A DNA stretch of 63,690 bases from an uncultured Eggerthella sp. (GTDB lineage Bacteria; Actinomycetota; Coriobacteriia; Coriobacteriales; Eggerthellaceae): NCBI GenBank assembly GCA_900544455.1, contig UQVJ01000001.1, positions 1 through 63,690 on the forward strand, written 5' to 3'. The number at the start of each line of letters is the position of its first letter. The first letter of the stretch is position 1. Below are positions 29,059 through 40,088 of this stretch, piece after piece. The notes under the pieces were generated by a model. It was given only the letters and a program-made list of their open reading frames with translations. It was not told where the DNA came from and did not search any database. A program made the position numbers and the translations under genes.

Positions 29059-29631
29059 TACGTTCCTTATATTTCCTTGTATGGTCGCAATTCAACATTG
29101 CATTTTTGTAACATTCATGGGTCGTATTTGACCAATTGTTAACAATGCTACCCTACGTGCGCCCTCCTGGTGGTTGCAAACTGGGTGCTTTCAATAATTT
29201 CCTGCTATTTCGCTCGTTTTGCCCATCGTTTCTCTTCGGATGTTGCATTTTCAGTCGGATTAGTGTGGGATTTTGCCAGGGTGAGTTCAGTCGAACTAGC
29301 GTGCGATCTTTGCCGGGGGGGGTGAGGGCGCGAGTGCCTTGCTTGGTTGATGTCGCAGGGCCCCGTGCTGCTTGGCATGATCGGCTTCGAAGGCGCACGC
29401 GTCTTGCACGGGATGTGCTCCGTTGCGACGTTGGCGGCATATCGGCGTTTTGCTCACTTTGTTCGGCTTTTTTCGCTTGCCGTATCTGCGAGCGCTCTTG
29501 CCCTCATTCCATCGCCTCACCAGCTGCACTGCGGTATCATGATAAGAACTGTTTCAAAAGAGCTTTGAAGTGCATTTAGCGTTCAAACAAGCAGGAAAAG
29601 GCACCCAGCATAATAAAGAAGGGTAGGATTC

Positions 29632-32600
29632 ATGGTTTCTCGCATTTATGTTGAGAAAAAGCCCGGTTTCGATGTCGAGGCGGGGCAGCTCTTGCACGAG
29701 CTGCAGACGATTTTGGGCGTGAGGGCACTTACGGGTTTGCGCCTTGTTAACCGCTATGATGTCGAGGGCATTTCCGATGAGCTGTTCAAGCAGTGCATCC
29801 CCGTGGTATTCAGCGAGCCCCAGGTAGATACATCTTGCGAAAGCTGCCCCGAAGTTGAGGCTGCCCTGAAGGGCGAAAGCCCTGCGGGTCAGACGGTTTT
29901 CGCCATCGAGTTCCTTCCCGGTCAGTTCGATCAGCGCGCTGATTCTGCAAGCGAATGCATCCAGCTCATCAGCCAGGGCGAACGCCCTGCAGTCCGTAGC
30001 GCCAAAGTGTATGTGCTCGAGGGCGAACTTTCCGAGGCGGACGTTGCTGCCATCAAACATTACGTTATCAATCCGGTTGAAGCGCGCGAAGCTGCGCTCG
30101 AGGCGCGCGAAACGCTTGAAATGCAGGTGCCCGAACCCGAACCGGTAGAGGTTATCGAGGGCTTCACCGAGCTTGACAACGCTGGTCTTGCCCAGTTCCG
30201 CGAAGAGCGCGGTCTTGCCATGGACCAGGCGGATATCGAATTCTTCCAGGCTCATTTCAAGGAAATCGGACGCAACCCCACCATCACCGAGGTTCGCGTT
30301 GTTGACACGTACTGGTCCGATCATTGTCGCCATACCACATTCGGCACCGAACTTACCGACGTCAAGATCGACGACGAAACGGTGCAGCTCGCATTCCAGA
30401 AGTATCTCGCTATGCGCTCTGAGCTGGGCCGCGAGCATAAGCCGGTATGTCTGATGGATATGGGCACCATTGGTGCCAAGTACCTGCGCGCACATGGTGG
30501 CCTTCAGGGGCTCGACGAGTCCGACGAAGTTAATGCCTGCACGGTAAAGTGCAAAGTCGACGTTGACGGCGAAGAGCAGGACTGGCTGTTCCTGTTCAAA
30601 AATGAAACCCATAACCATCCCACGGAAATCGAGCCCTTCGGTGGCGCGGCAACGTGCGTGGGCGGCGCTATTCGCGACCCTCTTTCGGGCCGCAGCTATG
30701 TATATCAGGCTATGCGCGTAACCGGTGCAGGCGACCCGACCGTCCCCGTTTCCGAAACGCTTGAAGGCAAGCTTCCCCAGCGCAAGCTGGTTACCACCGC
30801 TGCCGCTGGCTATTCTTCTTACGGCAATCAGATCGGTCTTGCTACGGGCCAGGTTCACGAGCTGTATCATCCGGGCTATGTTGCCAAGCGCATGGAAGTG
30901 GGCGCGGTAGTGGGCGCAACGCCCGCCAGCCATGTCCGTCGCGAAGAGCCTGCTCCGGGCGATAAGATCGTTCTGCTGGGTGGTCGCACTGGTCGCGATG
31001 GCATCGGTGGCGCAACCGGCTCTTCCAAGACGCAGAACGTCGAAAGTGTGGAGAAGTCCGGTGCGGAAGTGCAGAAGGGCAATGCCCCGGTAGAGCGCAA
31101 GATCCAGCGTTTGTTCCGTCGCGGCGAGGCATGCCGTCTTATCAAGCGATGCAACGACTTCGGCGCTGGTGGTGTTTCCGTTTCCATCGGCGAGCTGTGC
31201 GATGGCCTGCTCATCGACCTGAATGCTGTTCCTAAGAAGTACGAAGGCTTGGACGGCACCGAGCTCGCAATCTCCGAAAGCCAGGAGCGCATGTCGTGCG
31301 CTCTTGCCGCAGAAGACGTCGAAGAATTCATCGGCTATGCGCACGAGGAAAACCTTGAGGCAACGGTTGTTGCCACGGTAACCGAAGAAAAGCGTTTGCG
31401 CATGGAATGGAACGGCGATGCAATCGTCGATATCAGCCGTGCTTTCCTTGATACCAATGGCGCCCCGAAGTATCAGGATGTTCACGTTCAGGCGGGCGAG
31501 TCGTATGCTCCCGCATGGGAAGGCTCCACGCTCGAAGAGCGCATGACATCGCTGGTCACCGACCAGAACGTCTGCTCGAACAAGGGCTTGGGCGAACGTT
31601 TCGACTCCACCATCGGTGCAGCTACCGTGCTCATGCCCTTTGGTGGCAAGCGTCAGCTCACGCCTTCGCAGGCCATGGTTGCCAAGTTCCCCGTCGATGG
31701 CGAAACCACCACGGCAAGCGCTATGGCTTGGGGCTTCAATCCGTATCTTTCCGAGAAGAACCAGTTCAAGGGTGCTTACCTTGCTGTTGTGGAAAGCGTG
31801 GCGCGCCTGGTTGCCACGGGCTTCACCCGTGAATCGGCCTACCTTTCCCTGCAGGAGTACTTCGAACGCTTGCGCGATATCCCCGAGCGTTGGGGCAAGC
31901 CTACCGCTTCCGTTCTGGGCGCTTTGATGGCTCAGGTGGATTTGGGCATCGGTGCCATTGGTGGCAAGGACTCCATGTCGGGCAGCTTCGAAGAAGGCGA
32001 AACCGAAATCCACGTTCCGCCTACGCTCATCAGCTTTGCAGTTTCCACTGGCTCTATCGACCGTGTGGTTTCTCCTGAGTTCAAGCGCGCTGGGTCGCGC
32101 ATCGTCAGCATCGCACCCGCATTTTACGACATGGATTCTCTGGTCCCCGAAGCGGATGGCATGAATGCCGCATTTAGCCTGGTTGAAACGCTTATCGGCG
32201 AAGGCAAGGTTTCCGCTGCGGCAACGTTGGGTTACGGCTGCGCTGCCGAGGCTCTGTTCAAGATGGGCGTTGGCAATGGCGTGGGCGTAAAGCTTTCCGA
32301 CGAAGTTGAGGCGGACGACCTGTTCAGCTTGGCTTATGGCAGCTTCATCGTTGAGCTTGCCGAGGGTGCTGAAATCCCTGCCAATACCGATCTGGTAACC
32401 GTTTCCGAGCTTGGCTGCACCACCGAGGCTTATGAATTCGCAGCGTGTGGCGAGGCTATCAGCATGACCAAGCTGCAGGAAGCTTGGGAGGGCGGCATCG
32501 AATCCGTATTCCCGTATCGCGGCGAAGGCGAAAAGGTTGAGCAGGTTAACTGGTCGGAAAAGCTCCCTCTGGTTTGCGGCGAATCGTTCGCGAAGCCGCG

Positions 32601-33390
32601 CGTTATCATTCCTGTGTTCCCTGGCACCAACTGCGAATACGACACCGCTCATGCCTTCAAGCGCGCCGGCGCCGAACCTGAGGTCCTGGTGATCAACAAC
32701 CTTACGCCCGCAGCGGTTGCCGAAAGCACCGATGCGTTGGTGAAGGCCATCAACAACAGCCAAATCGTTATGCTTCCCGGCGGTTTCTCCGGCGGTGACG
32801 AGCCCGATGGTTCGGCGAAGTTCATCACGGCATTCTTCCGTGCGCCTGCCGTTACCGAGGCGGTTCGTGAGCTGCTTCAGAAGCGCGATGGTCTGATGCT
32901 GGGTATCTGCAATGGCTTCCAGGCCCTTATCAAATTGGGCTTGGTTCCCTATGGCGATATCGTTCCTGCAACGCCCGAGGCTCCCACGCTTACGTTCAAC
33001 ACCATCGGTCGCCACCAGAGCGGCCTGGTTCGCACGCGCATCGCTTCGAGCCTTTCTCCTTGGCTTTCGCGCTGCAATGTGGGCGACATTCACACGGTTG
33101 CCATCAGCCACGGCGAGGGTCGTTTCGTGGCAAGCCCCGAAACAGCTGCTCAGCTTGCTGCAGCAGGTCAGATTGCAACGCAGTATGTTGATGAGGCGGG
33201 TAATCCTTCGATGGACCTTTCGGTTAATCCCAATGGCTCCATTTTGGCTATCGAGGGCATTACCAGCCCCGACGGTCGTGTTTTGGGCAAGATGGGCCAT
33301 ACCGAGCGCTCCGGCAACGGTTTGTACAAGAATGTTCCCGGCAATCTGTACCAGCCTCTGTTCGAGGGTGGCGTAGAGTACTTCAAGTAA
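29632..33390 (+). CDS. purL: Phosphoribosylformylglycinamidine synthase, single-chain (clostridial type)
   Basis: DTYWSDHCRH, KNETHNHPTEIEPFGGA, GGFSGGD, LGICNGFQ, MGHTER. Confidence 0.97.
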   Translation: MVSRIYVEKKPGFDVEAGQLLHELQTILGVRALTGLRLVNRYDVEGISDELFKQCIPVVFSEPQVDTSCESCPEVEAALKGESPAGQTVFAIEFLPGQFDQRADSASECIQLISQGERPAVRSAKVYVLEGELSEADVAAIKHYVINPVEAREAALEARETLEMQVPEPEPVEVIEGFTELDNAGLAQFREERGLAMDQADIEFFQAHFKEIGRNPTITEVRVVDTYWSDHCRHTTFGTELTDVKIDDETVQLAFQKYLAMRSELGREHKPVCLMDMGTIGAKYLRAHGGLQGLDESDEVNACTVKCKVDVDGEEQDWLFLFKNETHNHPTEIEPFGGAATCVGGAIRDPLSGRSYVYQAMRVTGAGDPTVPVSETLEGKLPQRKLVTTAAAGYSSYGNQIGLATGQVHELYHPGYVAKRMEVGAVVGATPASHVRREEPAPGDKIVLLGGRTGRDGIGGATGSSKTQNVESVEKSGAEVQKGNAPVERKIQRLFRRGEACRLIKRCNDFGAGGVSVSIGELCDGLLIDLNAVPKKYEGLDGTELAISESQERMSCALAAEDVEEFIGYAHEENLEATVVATVTEEKRLRMEWNGDAIVDISRAFLDTNGAPKYQDVHVQAGESYAPAWEGSTLEERMTSLVTDQNVCSNKGLGERFDSTIGAATVLMPFGGKRQLTPSQAMVAKFPVDGETTTASAMAWGFNPYLSEKNQFKGAYLAVVESVARLVATGFTRESAYLSLQEYFERLRDIPERWGKPTASVLGALMAQVDLGIGAIGGKDSMSGSFEEGETEIHVPPTLISFAVSTGSIDRVVSPEFKRAGSRIVSIAPAFYDMDSLVPEADGMNAAFSLVETLIGEGKVSAAATLGYGCAAEALFKMGVGNGVGVKLSDEVEADDLFSLAYGSFIVELAEGAEIPANTDLVTVSELGCTTEAYEFAACGEAISMTKLQEAWEGGIESVFPYRGEGEKVEQVNWSEKLPLVCGESFAKPRVIIPVFPGTNCEYDTAHAFKRAGAEPEVLVINNLTPAAVAESTDALVKAINNSQIVMLPGGFSGGDEPDGSAKFITAFFRAPAVTEAVRELLQKRDGLMLGICNGFQALIKLGLVPYGDIVPATPEAPTLTFNTIGRHQSGLVRTRIASSLSPWLSRCNVGDIHTVAISHGEGRFVASPETAAQLAAAGQIATQYVDEAGNPSMDLSVNPNGSILAIEGITSPDGRVLGKMGHTERSGNGLYKNVPGNLYQPLFEGGVEYFK

Positions 33391-33409
33391 GAAACACTGC
33401 TTTCTTCTT

Positions 33410-33450
33410 GAAACGCCCCCGTTTCCTGCAAGGAGCGGGGGCGTTTCTGT
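33410..33450 (+). terminator. Intrinsic terminator
   Basis: GAAACGCCCCCGTTTCCT/AGGAGCGGGGGCGTTTC stem after purL. Confidence 0.75.
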
Positions 33451-33696
33451 GCGTTTGTATGATAGCAAGCGGAAATCGGGCGGAATGCAGCTGGGGGGGC
33501 GATGCCCTTCTTGCCTGCGAGCTGAATCTGTGCACGTGCTTCGGGTTCGCTTCCTATAGCTTGCTTTCCCCGTTGTGGCTCGAAACGCACCTTACCGATG
33601 CGCGTAAACGCCCTTTGGTGAAATCAAACGAATATAGGATAATGAAACAAGTATGCACATTGCTGGCCACCAGCATCCCTCGTGAAAGGAATCTTT

Positions 33697-35376
33697 GTGG
33701 CTGAATTCATTTACCAGATGTATCAAGCGCGCAAAGCCCATGGCGACAAGGTTATCTTGGACGACGTGACGCTTTCGTTTTACCCTGGCGCCAAGATCGG
33801 CGTAGTAGGCCCTAATGGCATGGGCAAGTCAACCTTGCTGAAGGTTATGGCTGGCCTCGAAGAGGTTTCTGCGGGCGACGCGCGTCTTACCCCTGGCTAT
33901 ACGGTTGGCATTCTTCAGCAGGAGCCCCCGCTCGACGAAGAGGCTACGGTAATCGAGAACATTCGCATGGCGTTTGCCGATGTGCTTGCCAAGGTTGAGC
34001 GCTTCAATGCCATCGGCGCGGAAATGGCCGATCCCGATGCCGATTTCGATGCCCTGATGGAAGAAATGGGCGCGCTCCAAAACGATATCGATGCTGCAAA
34101 CGGATGGGATCTGGACAGTCAGCTTTCCCAGGCAATGGATGCCTTGCAGTGCCCCGACCCCGATGCTCCTGTAAAGGTGCTTTCCGGTGGCGAGCGTCGT
34201 CGCGTTGCGCTGTGCAAGCTTCTGCTTGAAGCGCCCGACCTGCTTCTTTTGGACGAGCCCACCAACCACTTGGATGCCGAATCGGTGCTGTGGTTGGAGC
34301 AATTCCTTCATCGATATCCTGGTGCGGTGCTTGCGGTAACGCACGATCGCTACTTCCTCGACAACGTCGCTGAATGGATCTGCGAAGTTGATCGCGGTCA
34401 TCTGTATCCCTACAAGGGCAATTACTCTACCTACCTGGAAACCAAGGCTGCCCGTCTGGAATCGCAGGGTCAGCAGCAGGCGAAACTGGCAAAACGCATG
34501 AAGAATGAACTGGAATGGGTTCGTTCTAGCCCGAAGGCGCGCCAAGCCAAGAACAAGGCGCGTCTTGAGCGTTATGAGCAGATGGAAGCCGAGGCACGTA
34601 GCGCCAAGAGCGTTGACTTCACCGATATCACCATTCCTGTTGGTCCTCGCTTGGGCTCTAAGGTTCTTGAGGTTGAGCATATGCACAAGCAGTTCGGCGA
34701 CCGCGTGCTTATCGACGATCTTTCATTCAGCTTGCCGCGCAACGGCATCGTTGGTGTTATCGGCCCCAATGGCGTTGGCAAGTCGACCCTGTTCAAGATG
34801 ATTGTGGGCAAAGAGCCGGTTTCTGGCGGCACGCTTGAGCTGGGTGAAACCGTGCAGATTTCCTACGTTGATCAGAATCGTGAAGGTCTTGACCCGAAAA
34901 AGACGCTTTGGGAAGTGGTTTCCGACGGGTTGGATTATATCCGCGTAGGCGAAACCGAGATTCCCAGCCGTGCGTATGTGGCGAACTTCGGCTTTAAGGG
35001 TTCTGACCAGCAAAAGCCCGCCGGCGTTCTTTCTGGCGGTGAGCGCAATCGCTTGAACCTTGCCCTTACGCTGAAGCAGGGGGGTAACCTACTCCTGCTC
35101 GACGAGCCCACGAACGACCTGGATGTAGAAACGCTTGAAAGCCTCGAAGAAGCGCTGCTGGCGTTCCCCGGCTGCGCAGTAATCACCAGTCACGACCGTA
35201 TGTTCCTTGACCGTATTGCCACGCATATTCTTGCATGGGAGGGTACCGACGAAAACCCCGGCAATTGGCATTGGTTCGAAGGCAACTTCGATTCTTATCA
35301 GAAGAACAAGATCGAACGTCTGGGTGAAGAAGCTGCAAAACCCCATCGTCTGCATCGCAAGCTTACGCGCGACTAG
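33697..35376 (+). CDS. ettA: Energy-dependent translational throttle protein (ABC-F)
   Basis: Two ABC domains (GPNGMGKST, GPNGVGKST), SFYPGAKIGVVG, ELEWVRSSPKARQAK; GTG start after GAAAGGA. Confidence 0.96.
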   Translation: MAEFIYQMYQARKAHGDKVILDDVTLSFYPGAKIGVVGPNGMGKSTLLKVMAGLEEVSAGDARLTPGYTVGILQQEPPLDEEATVIENIRMAFADVLAKVERFNAIGAEMADPDADFDALMEEMGALQNDIDAANGWDLDSQLSQAMDALQCPDPDAPVKVLSGGERRRVALCKLLLEAPDLLLLDEPTNHLDAESVLWLEQFLHRYPGAVLAVTHDRYFLDNVAEWICEVDRGHLYPYKGNYSTYLETKAARLESQGQQQAKLAKRMKNELEWVRSSPKARQAKNKARLERYEQMEAEARSAKSVDFTDITIPVGPRLGSKVLEVEHMHKQFGDRVLIDDLSFSLPRNGIVGVIGPNGVGKSTLFKMIVGKEPVSGGTLELGETVQISYVDQNREGLDPKKTLWEVVSDGLDYIRVGETEIPSRAYVANFGFKGSDQQKPAGVLSGGERNRLNLALTLKQGGNLLLLDEPTNDLDVETLESLEEALLAFPGCAVITSHDRMFLDRIATHILAWEGTDENPGNWHWFEGNFDSYQKNKIERLGEEAAKPHRLHRKLTRD

Positions 35377-35408
35377 TGTCCAGCGGATAGTTTTTCGAAT
35401 GCTCAAGC

Positions 35409-35447
35409 AGAGAGGCAGCCTCTTTCGGGGCTGCCTCTCTTTTTGTT
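35409..35447 (+). terminator. Intrinsic terminator (ettA)
   Basis: AGAGAGGCAGCCTC/GGGGCTGCCTCTCT followed by a T-tract. Confidence 0.85.
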
Positions 35448-35536
35448 GGCAGGTTTCACTGCGGACGTTTGGATTGCGCTCGGAATAAGGCAGCCACAGC
35501 GGCATAGCGTTGAAAATCGAAATAGTGCGAATGTGC

Positions 35537-35577
35537 AAAAAAAGAGAAAAGGCAACCTCGAAAGAGGTTGCCTTTTC
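35537..35577 (-). terminator. Intrinsic terminator (gpmA)
   Basis: 14-bp perfect stem GAAAAGGCAACCTC/GAGGTTGCCTTTTC with a minus-strand T-tract. Confidence 0.85.
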
Positions 35578-35612
35578 ATGCGTAAGCTTGCTGGGATTGA
35601 AGCGATCGAAAC

Positions 35613-36371
35613 TTATTTGGCTTTGCCCTGGTTTGCTACAGCGTTGATTTTGGCGTTGATGGTTTCTTCGTCGCCAACGTACTTCTTGTCAAGAACGTTG
35701 AAATCCTGGTCAAAGGTGTAAACCAGAGGCACGCCCGTGGGGATGTTCACGCCTACGATTTCGTCGTCGGAAAGCTTGTCGAACTGCTTTACCAGAGCGC
35801 GCAGGGAATTGCCATGGGCAACGATGAGCACGCGTTTGCCGGCGCGCATCTGAGGCTCGATTTCTTCCTCGAAGTAAGGCCATGCGCGAGCGATGGTGTC
35901 TTTCAGGCATTCTGCCAGGGGCATTTCATCGGCAGGAGCGTTGCGGTATGGAGCCATAAGGCGAGGATTGCGCTCGTCGGTTTCCTCCAGTGCGGGAGGA
36001 CGTACGTCGAAGCTGCGGCGCCAAATCTTAACCTGGTCTTCGCCGTATTTTGCAGCGGTTTCGGCCTTGTTCAGACCCTGAAGAGCGCCGTAGTGACGCT
36101 CGTTCAGGCGCCACGTCTTGTTGACGGGCAGCCATTCGCGATCCATTGCCTGAAGAATGTGGTTCAGCGTGTGGATAGCGCGCTTGAGGTACGAGGTGTA
36201 GCACACATCGAAGTCAAAGCCAGCTTCGGCAAGGGCGCGACCGCCATCGGATGCTTCTTTGCGGCCTGTATCGGTAAGGTCGACATCCATCCAGCCGGTG
36301 AAAAGGTTCAGCTTGTTCCATTCGCTTTCGCCATGGCGAACCAAGACGAGTTGCATGGTCGAATCAGTCAT
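35613..36371 (-). CDS. gpmA: 2,3-bisphosphoglycerate-dependent phosphoglycerate mutase
   Basis: [36 protein letters not shown]. Confidence 0.97.
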   Translation of the reverse strand: MTDSTMQLVLVRHGESEWNKLNLFTGWMDVDLTDTGRKEASDGGRALAEAGFDFDVCYTSYLKRAIHTLNHILQAMDREWLPVNKTWRLNERHYGALQGLNKAETAAKYGEDQVKIWRRSFDVRPPALEETDERNPRLMAPYRNAPADEMPLAECLKDTIARAWPYFEEEIEPQMRAGKRVLIVAHGNSLRALVKQFDKLSDDEIVGVNIPTGVPLVYTFDQDFNVLDKKYVGDEETINAKINAVANQGKAK

Positions 36372-36648
36372 GATTCCTTCTCTTTCTCGTAGTAAGCGGG
36401 TTGCCCCGATTTTATTCGTAATGCGCGTTGTGCGCTAAGCAAGCAAAGCAGAGAGCACATGCGCAACATATTTAGTATGACGTTTCGGCAAATGCGTGGG
36501 GCACTGGTCGGGGAGCGTTGCCGTGCTTTCGTTGGACGGCGTATTTAAGCCGGGTGCTGCACCTTTCTGTCCTTTGTGCTGTACACGCAGCATGGTAATG
36601 GGTTGGTATGATGGAACGAAAAGAAACTGCGCTTTAAGGAGCTTAAGC

Positions 36649-38298
36649 ATGAACGAAATAAAATGCCCGCACTGCGGAAAGGTGTTCCAGGTAGACGAGC
36701 GCGGTTTCGCCGATATCTTGCGTCAGGTGCGCACTGCCGAATTCGACAAGGAAATAGCTCAGCGCGAAGGTATGCTGCAAGAGAGGAATGCCCAGGCGGT
36801 AAAGCTTGCGGTTGCCAAGGCTCAGCAGGATGCTCAAGCGGAAGCTGCTCAGCGCGATGCTCTCATTGCTGAATTGGAAACGCGTCTTGCTGCCGAAAAG
36901 CGCGAACGCGAACAGGCAGAAAAGTCGTCTCAGCTTGAGCATGCCAACGAACTTGAAGCGGCGCTTGCGAAGAAGCAAGTTGAAATTGCCCAGTTACAGG
37001 CGGATGTGAAAAGGTTATCGGCCGACCATGATGCGGAAAATCGTATTGCCAAGGCGGAGCATGAACGTCTGCTTTCCGATGCAACCGCTCAGCGTGATGC
37101 GGAGATTGCGGCATTGCGCCAGCAGATTTCCTTTCAGGAGAGCGCCTTCAAACAACAACTTGAATCGCAGATTCAGCACTATTCTCAGAAGATGGCCGCC
37201 GATAAGGCGGAAAGTGCTCGTGTGGCTGCTGAAGAATCGGCAAAGCTGCAGCAGACCATCGCCGCGCAGAAGCAGCAGATAGAGTCGCAAACCCAGCAGT
37301 TCAAAGCAGAAAAAGAGCTTGCGGTAAGCGAAGCTCGTGCTGCTGCCGAGCGTCAGCGCGATGAGCTGGCTGCTCAGGTTAAGCTTCAGGAAGCCCAGTC
37401 TGCGCAGGAGAAGGCCGCCCTGCGCGAGAAGATGACCAACGAACTTGCCGCAAAAGATGAGCTCATCAAGTACAAGGACGAAGAAATCGCCCGCGTCAAG
37501 GAAATGAAAGCACGTCTTTCCACCAAAATGGTTGGCGAATCGCTTGAGCGTCATTGCGAAACCGAGTTCAACAAAATTCGTGCCACGGCATTCCCTCATG
37601 CGTATTTCGAAAAAGACAACGATGTGGTCGAGGGCACCAAGGGCGATTTCGTCTTCCGCGAAACCGATCCGGCAACGGGCGAAGAAGTGGTTTCCATCAT
37701 GTTCGAGATGAAGAACGAAAACGATGAAACGCGCACTAGGCACAAGAACGAGGATTTCTTTGCCAAGCTCGACTCCGACCGCAAAAAGAAGGGGTGCGAG
37801 TATGCGGTTCTGTGTACCATGCTTGAACCCGACAACGATCTTTATAACGAAGGTATTGTCGACGTGAGCTACCGATATGAAAAGATGTACGTTATCCGTC
37901 CGCAATTCTTCATACCCATCATTTCCATTCTGCGTAACGCTGCGTTGTCTGCCCTGCAGTACAAAACCGAGCTTGCCGAAGTACGCAACCAGAACATCGA
38001 CATCACGAACTTCGAAAACTCGATGGAAGATTTCAAAACAAAGTTTGCACGCAATTACGACCTTGCTAGCCGCAAGTTCCAGACGGCTATAGATGAAATT
38101 GATAAGACCATCGACCACCTGCAGAAAACGAAAGAAGCGCTGCTGGGCAGCGAAAGAAATCTGCGCTTGGCAAACGACAAGGCGCAAGACCTTACCATTA
38201 AGAAGCTTACGCGCAAGAATCCCACTATGAAGGCGAAGTTTGCTGCGCTGAAGGAAACTGAAAGCGCCTTGCCTGACGGTGTTGATCAAGAAGATTAG
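36649..38298 (+). CDS. DUF2130-family protein (Zn knuckle, long coiled coil, C-terminal globular domain)
   Basis: [10 protein letters not shown] start (AAGGAG RBS); [35 protein letters not shown]. Confidence 0.85.
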   Translation: MNEIKCPHCGKVFQVDERGFADILRQVRTAEFDKEIAQREGMLQERNAQAVKLAVAKAQQDAQAEAAQRDALIAELETRLAAEKREREQAEKSSQLEHANELEAALAKKQVEIAQLQADVKRLSADHDAENRIAKAEHERLLSDATAQRDAEIAALRQQISFQESAFKQQLESQIQHYSQKMAADKAESARVAAEESAKLQQTIAAQKQQIESQTQQFKAEKELAVSEARAAAERQRDELAAQVKLQEAQSAQEKAALREKMTNELAAKDELIKYKDEEIARVKEMKARLSTKMVGESLERHCETEFNKIRATAFPHAYFEKDNDVVEGTKGDFVFRETDPATGEEVVSIMFEMKNENDETRTRHKNEDFFAKLDSDRKKKGCEYAVLCTMLEPDNDLYNEGIVDVSYRYEKMYVIRPQFFIPIISILRNAALSALQYKTELAEVRNQNIDITNFENSMEDFKTKFARNYDLASRKFQTAIDEIDKTIDHLQKTKEALLGSERNLRLANDKAQDLTIKKLTRKNPTMKAKFAALKETESALPDGVDQED

Positions 38299-38423
38299 GG
38301 AGCTTTGAGTGCTTCTTCCATTTTTGTAAATCTTTCCCGAATAGCCTGAAAAGGGAAAGTAATAAGGCTCGCTTCGGCTTAGAATGGCTTCGTTTTGTTT
38401 AAGAGGCTGAGTTTCAGGAGCGC

Positions 38424-39611
38424 TTGGTGACCCAGAAAATGACAGGCAGGCAATGGCTCGCCCTTGCAGGCATCGCTGTTGCTGCGTTTGTGTTCAATTC
38501 TTCGGAGTTTATGCCAGTAGGCTTGCTTACCGATATCGGCAAAACGTTTGGAACCAGTGAGGCTACGACGGGTATGCTGGTTTCGGTGTATGCGTGGGCG
38601 GTAATGCTGCTTTCCGTGCCGTTGATGATCATTGCGACGCGCTTAGATTTTCGCAGGCTGCTCCTGGTGGTTATTGTTGTGTTTCTTATTGGGCAGGTGC
38701 TTACATCTCTGTCGACGAGCTACTGGATGCTCATGGCGGCACGTATGGTGGTTGCTTGCGCTCATTCGGTATTCTGGGCCATCGCCGCGCCTATCGCAGT
38801 GCGTCTGGTGCCGAAAAACAAGCGGGCTCTTGCTTTGAGCGTTGTCGAAACGGGTACGGCCGTTGCCGCTATCGTAGGATTGCCATTGGGTCGAGCTATT
38901 GGTTTGGCGGTGGGGTGGCGCCTAACATTTGCCATTGTGGCGGTAATATCTGTGCTCTTGCTGGTGTATCTGCTTATCACTTTGCCCTGGGTTCCCGGTG
39001 CGGAGCCTTTCAGCGTTGGTCAGTTGCCGGGGTTGTTTCAGAACAAGGGTTTGGTGGCATTGTTCATTCTTACCGCGCTGTACGCATGGGGCTACTACAC
39101 GGGCTACAGCTATATTGAGCCTTTCTTGCTGCAAGTGGCAGGATTGGAAAACGATGTGGTTACCCTGGTTCTTTCCGTGTTTGGCGTTGCAAGTATCATC
39201 GGCAGCATATTGTGCTCCAAGCTGTATCCTCGCTTCCGTTTTCCCTTCTTCAAGGTCATCACCATCGGTGTGCCGGTAGCCTTGCTGCTGATGCATGCTG
39301 CGGCGGGTTTGGGCCTTGCGGCAATACTTGGCGTTGTTGTTCTGTGGGGCATAAGCGCGGCTTCGGTAAGCGTTGTGTATCAGGCAGAAATTATCAATGT
39401 TTCTTCCGACGAAGAAGAAACGGTTGCCATGGCATTTTTCTCGGGAATCTTCAACTTCGGTATCGGTACCGGTGCTCTTTTGGGTGGTCAGGTGGTCAAT
39501 ACGCTAGGCATTGCGAGCGTGTTTTATGCGGGCGGCGTTATTGGCGCGGTTTCGGTTCTGTTCTGCTTGGCTGTGGCGGTTGGGCGCCTTAAGCGGTATT
39601 CCGTGAAATAG
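38424..39611 (+). CDS. MFS transporter (DHA1, SotB-like)
   Basis: FNSSEFMPVGLL, about 12 TM segments, FSGIFNFGIGTGALLGG. Confidence 0.9.
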   Translation: MVTQKMTGRQWLALAGIAVAAFVFNSSEFMPVGLLTDIGKTFGTSEATTGMLVSVYAWAVMLLSVPLMIIATRLDFRRLLLVVIVVFLIGQVLTSLSTSYWMLMAARMVVACAHSVFWAIAAPIAVRLVPKNKRALALSVVETGTAVAAIVGLPLGRAIGLAVGWRLTFAIVAVISVLLLVYLLITLPWVPGAEPFSVGQLPGLFQNKGLVALFILTALYAWGYYTGYSYIEPFLLQVAGLENDVVTLVLSVFGVASIIGSILCSKLYPRFRFPFFKVITIGVPVALLLMHAAAGLGLAAILGVVVLWGISAASVSVVYQAEIINVSSDEEETVAMAFFSGIFNFGIGTGALLGGQVVNTLGIASVFYAGGVIGAVSVLFCLAVAVGRLKRYSVK

Positions 39612-39839
39612 CCCGAAACGTTCAGTTTCTCGTTCGATGCTTTAAAGGTGCAGGTATGCGCGGTTTGGACCATTGGTCTTTATTTCGCCTTTGTTTCGAA
39701 AATGTCCAGACTCTGTGACGATGCGAAATTAATCAATGTTGGGCAATTGAAACTTTTGCCGAAAGGGCGAATATAGAGCCATCGAACGCAAGGGGCGTTC
39801 GGTATAAGCGCTTGGGCGCTTAAGTGTTAGGACGAACTT

Positions 39840-39887
39840 TTGAATTACCGCAACCTGCATACTGAAATTATCAGCTCCATTATTTAG
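39840..39887 (+). CDS. Putative Ile-rich attenuator leader peptide MNYRNLHTEIISSII
   Basis: AGGA at 39829-39832, TTG start 7 nt later, 4 Ile among the last 6 codons, TAG at 39885-39887; followed by competing hairpins and a terminator. Confidence 0.6.
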   Translation: MNYRNLHTEIISSII

Positions 39888-39944
39888 GGCTCGGGTTGCT
39901 TTGAATCAGCTGCCCGAACCCTAATCGGGCAGCTGATGGTTTTG

Positions 39945-39987
39945 AATCCGGAGGCTGTTTAAAGAAACGGCTTCCGGATTTTTTATT
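39945..39987 (+). terminator. Attenuator-type intrinsic terminator in the 5' leader of an MFS gene
   Basis: AATCCGGAGGCTGTTT/AAACGGCTTCCGGATT followed by TTTTATT, about 100 nt before the ATG and more than 330 nt after the previous gene. Confidence 0.8.
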
Positions 39988-40088
39988 CTCGTAACATCTG
40001 CTCCCCGCGCGTCGTCTTCTTCGAACAGCCTTTTGATCCCAAACCTTGATTCATCGGTTCACGGATTGAAGGAAAAGAAGGAAACGGA

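Noticed and set aside
29150..29631. Purine, ZTP or PRPP riboswitch upstream of purL
   Set aside because: I found none of the conserved core sequences of these riboswitch classes.
29554..33468. 1304-aa antisense ORF opposite purL, and similar shadows opposite trpB, gltB, gltD, ettA and DUF2130
   Set aside because: They mirror well-conserved genes, have no recognisable motifs, and are expected from codon bias in GC-rich genes.
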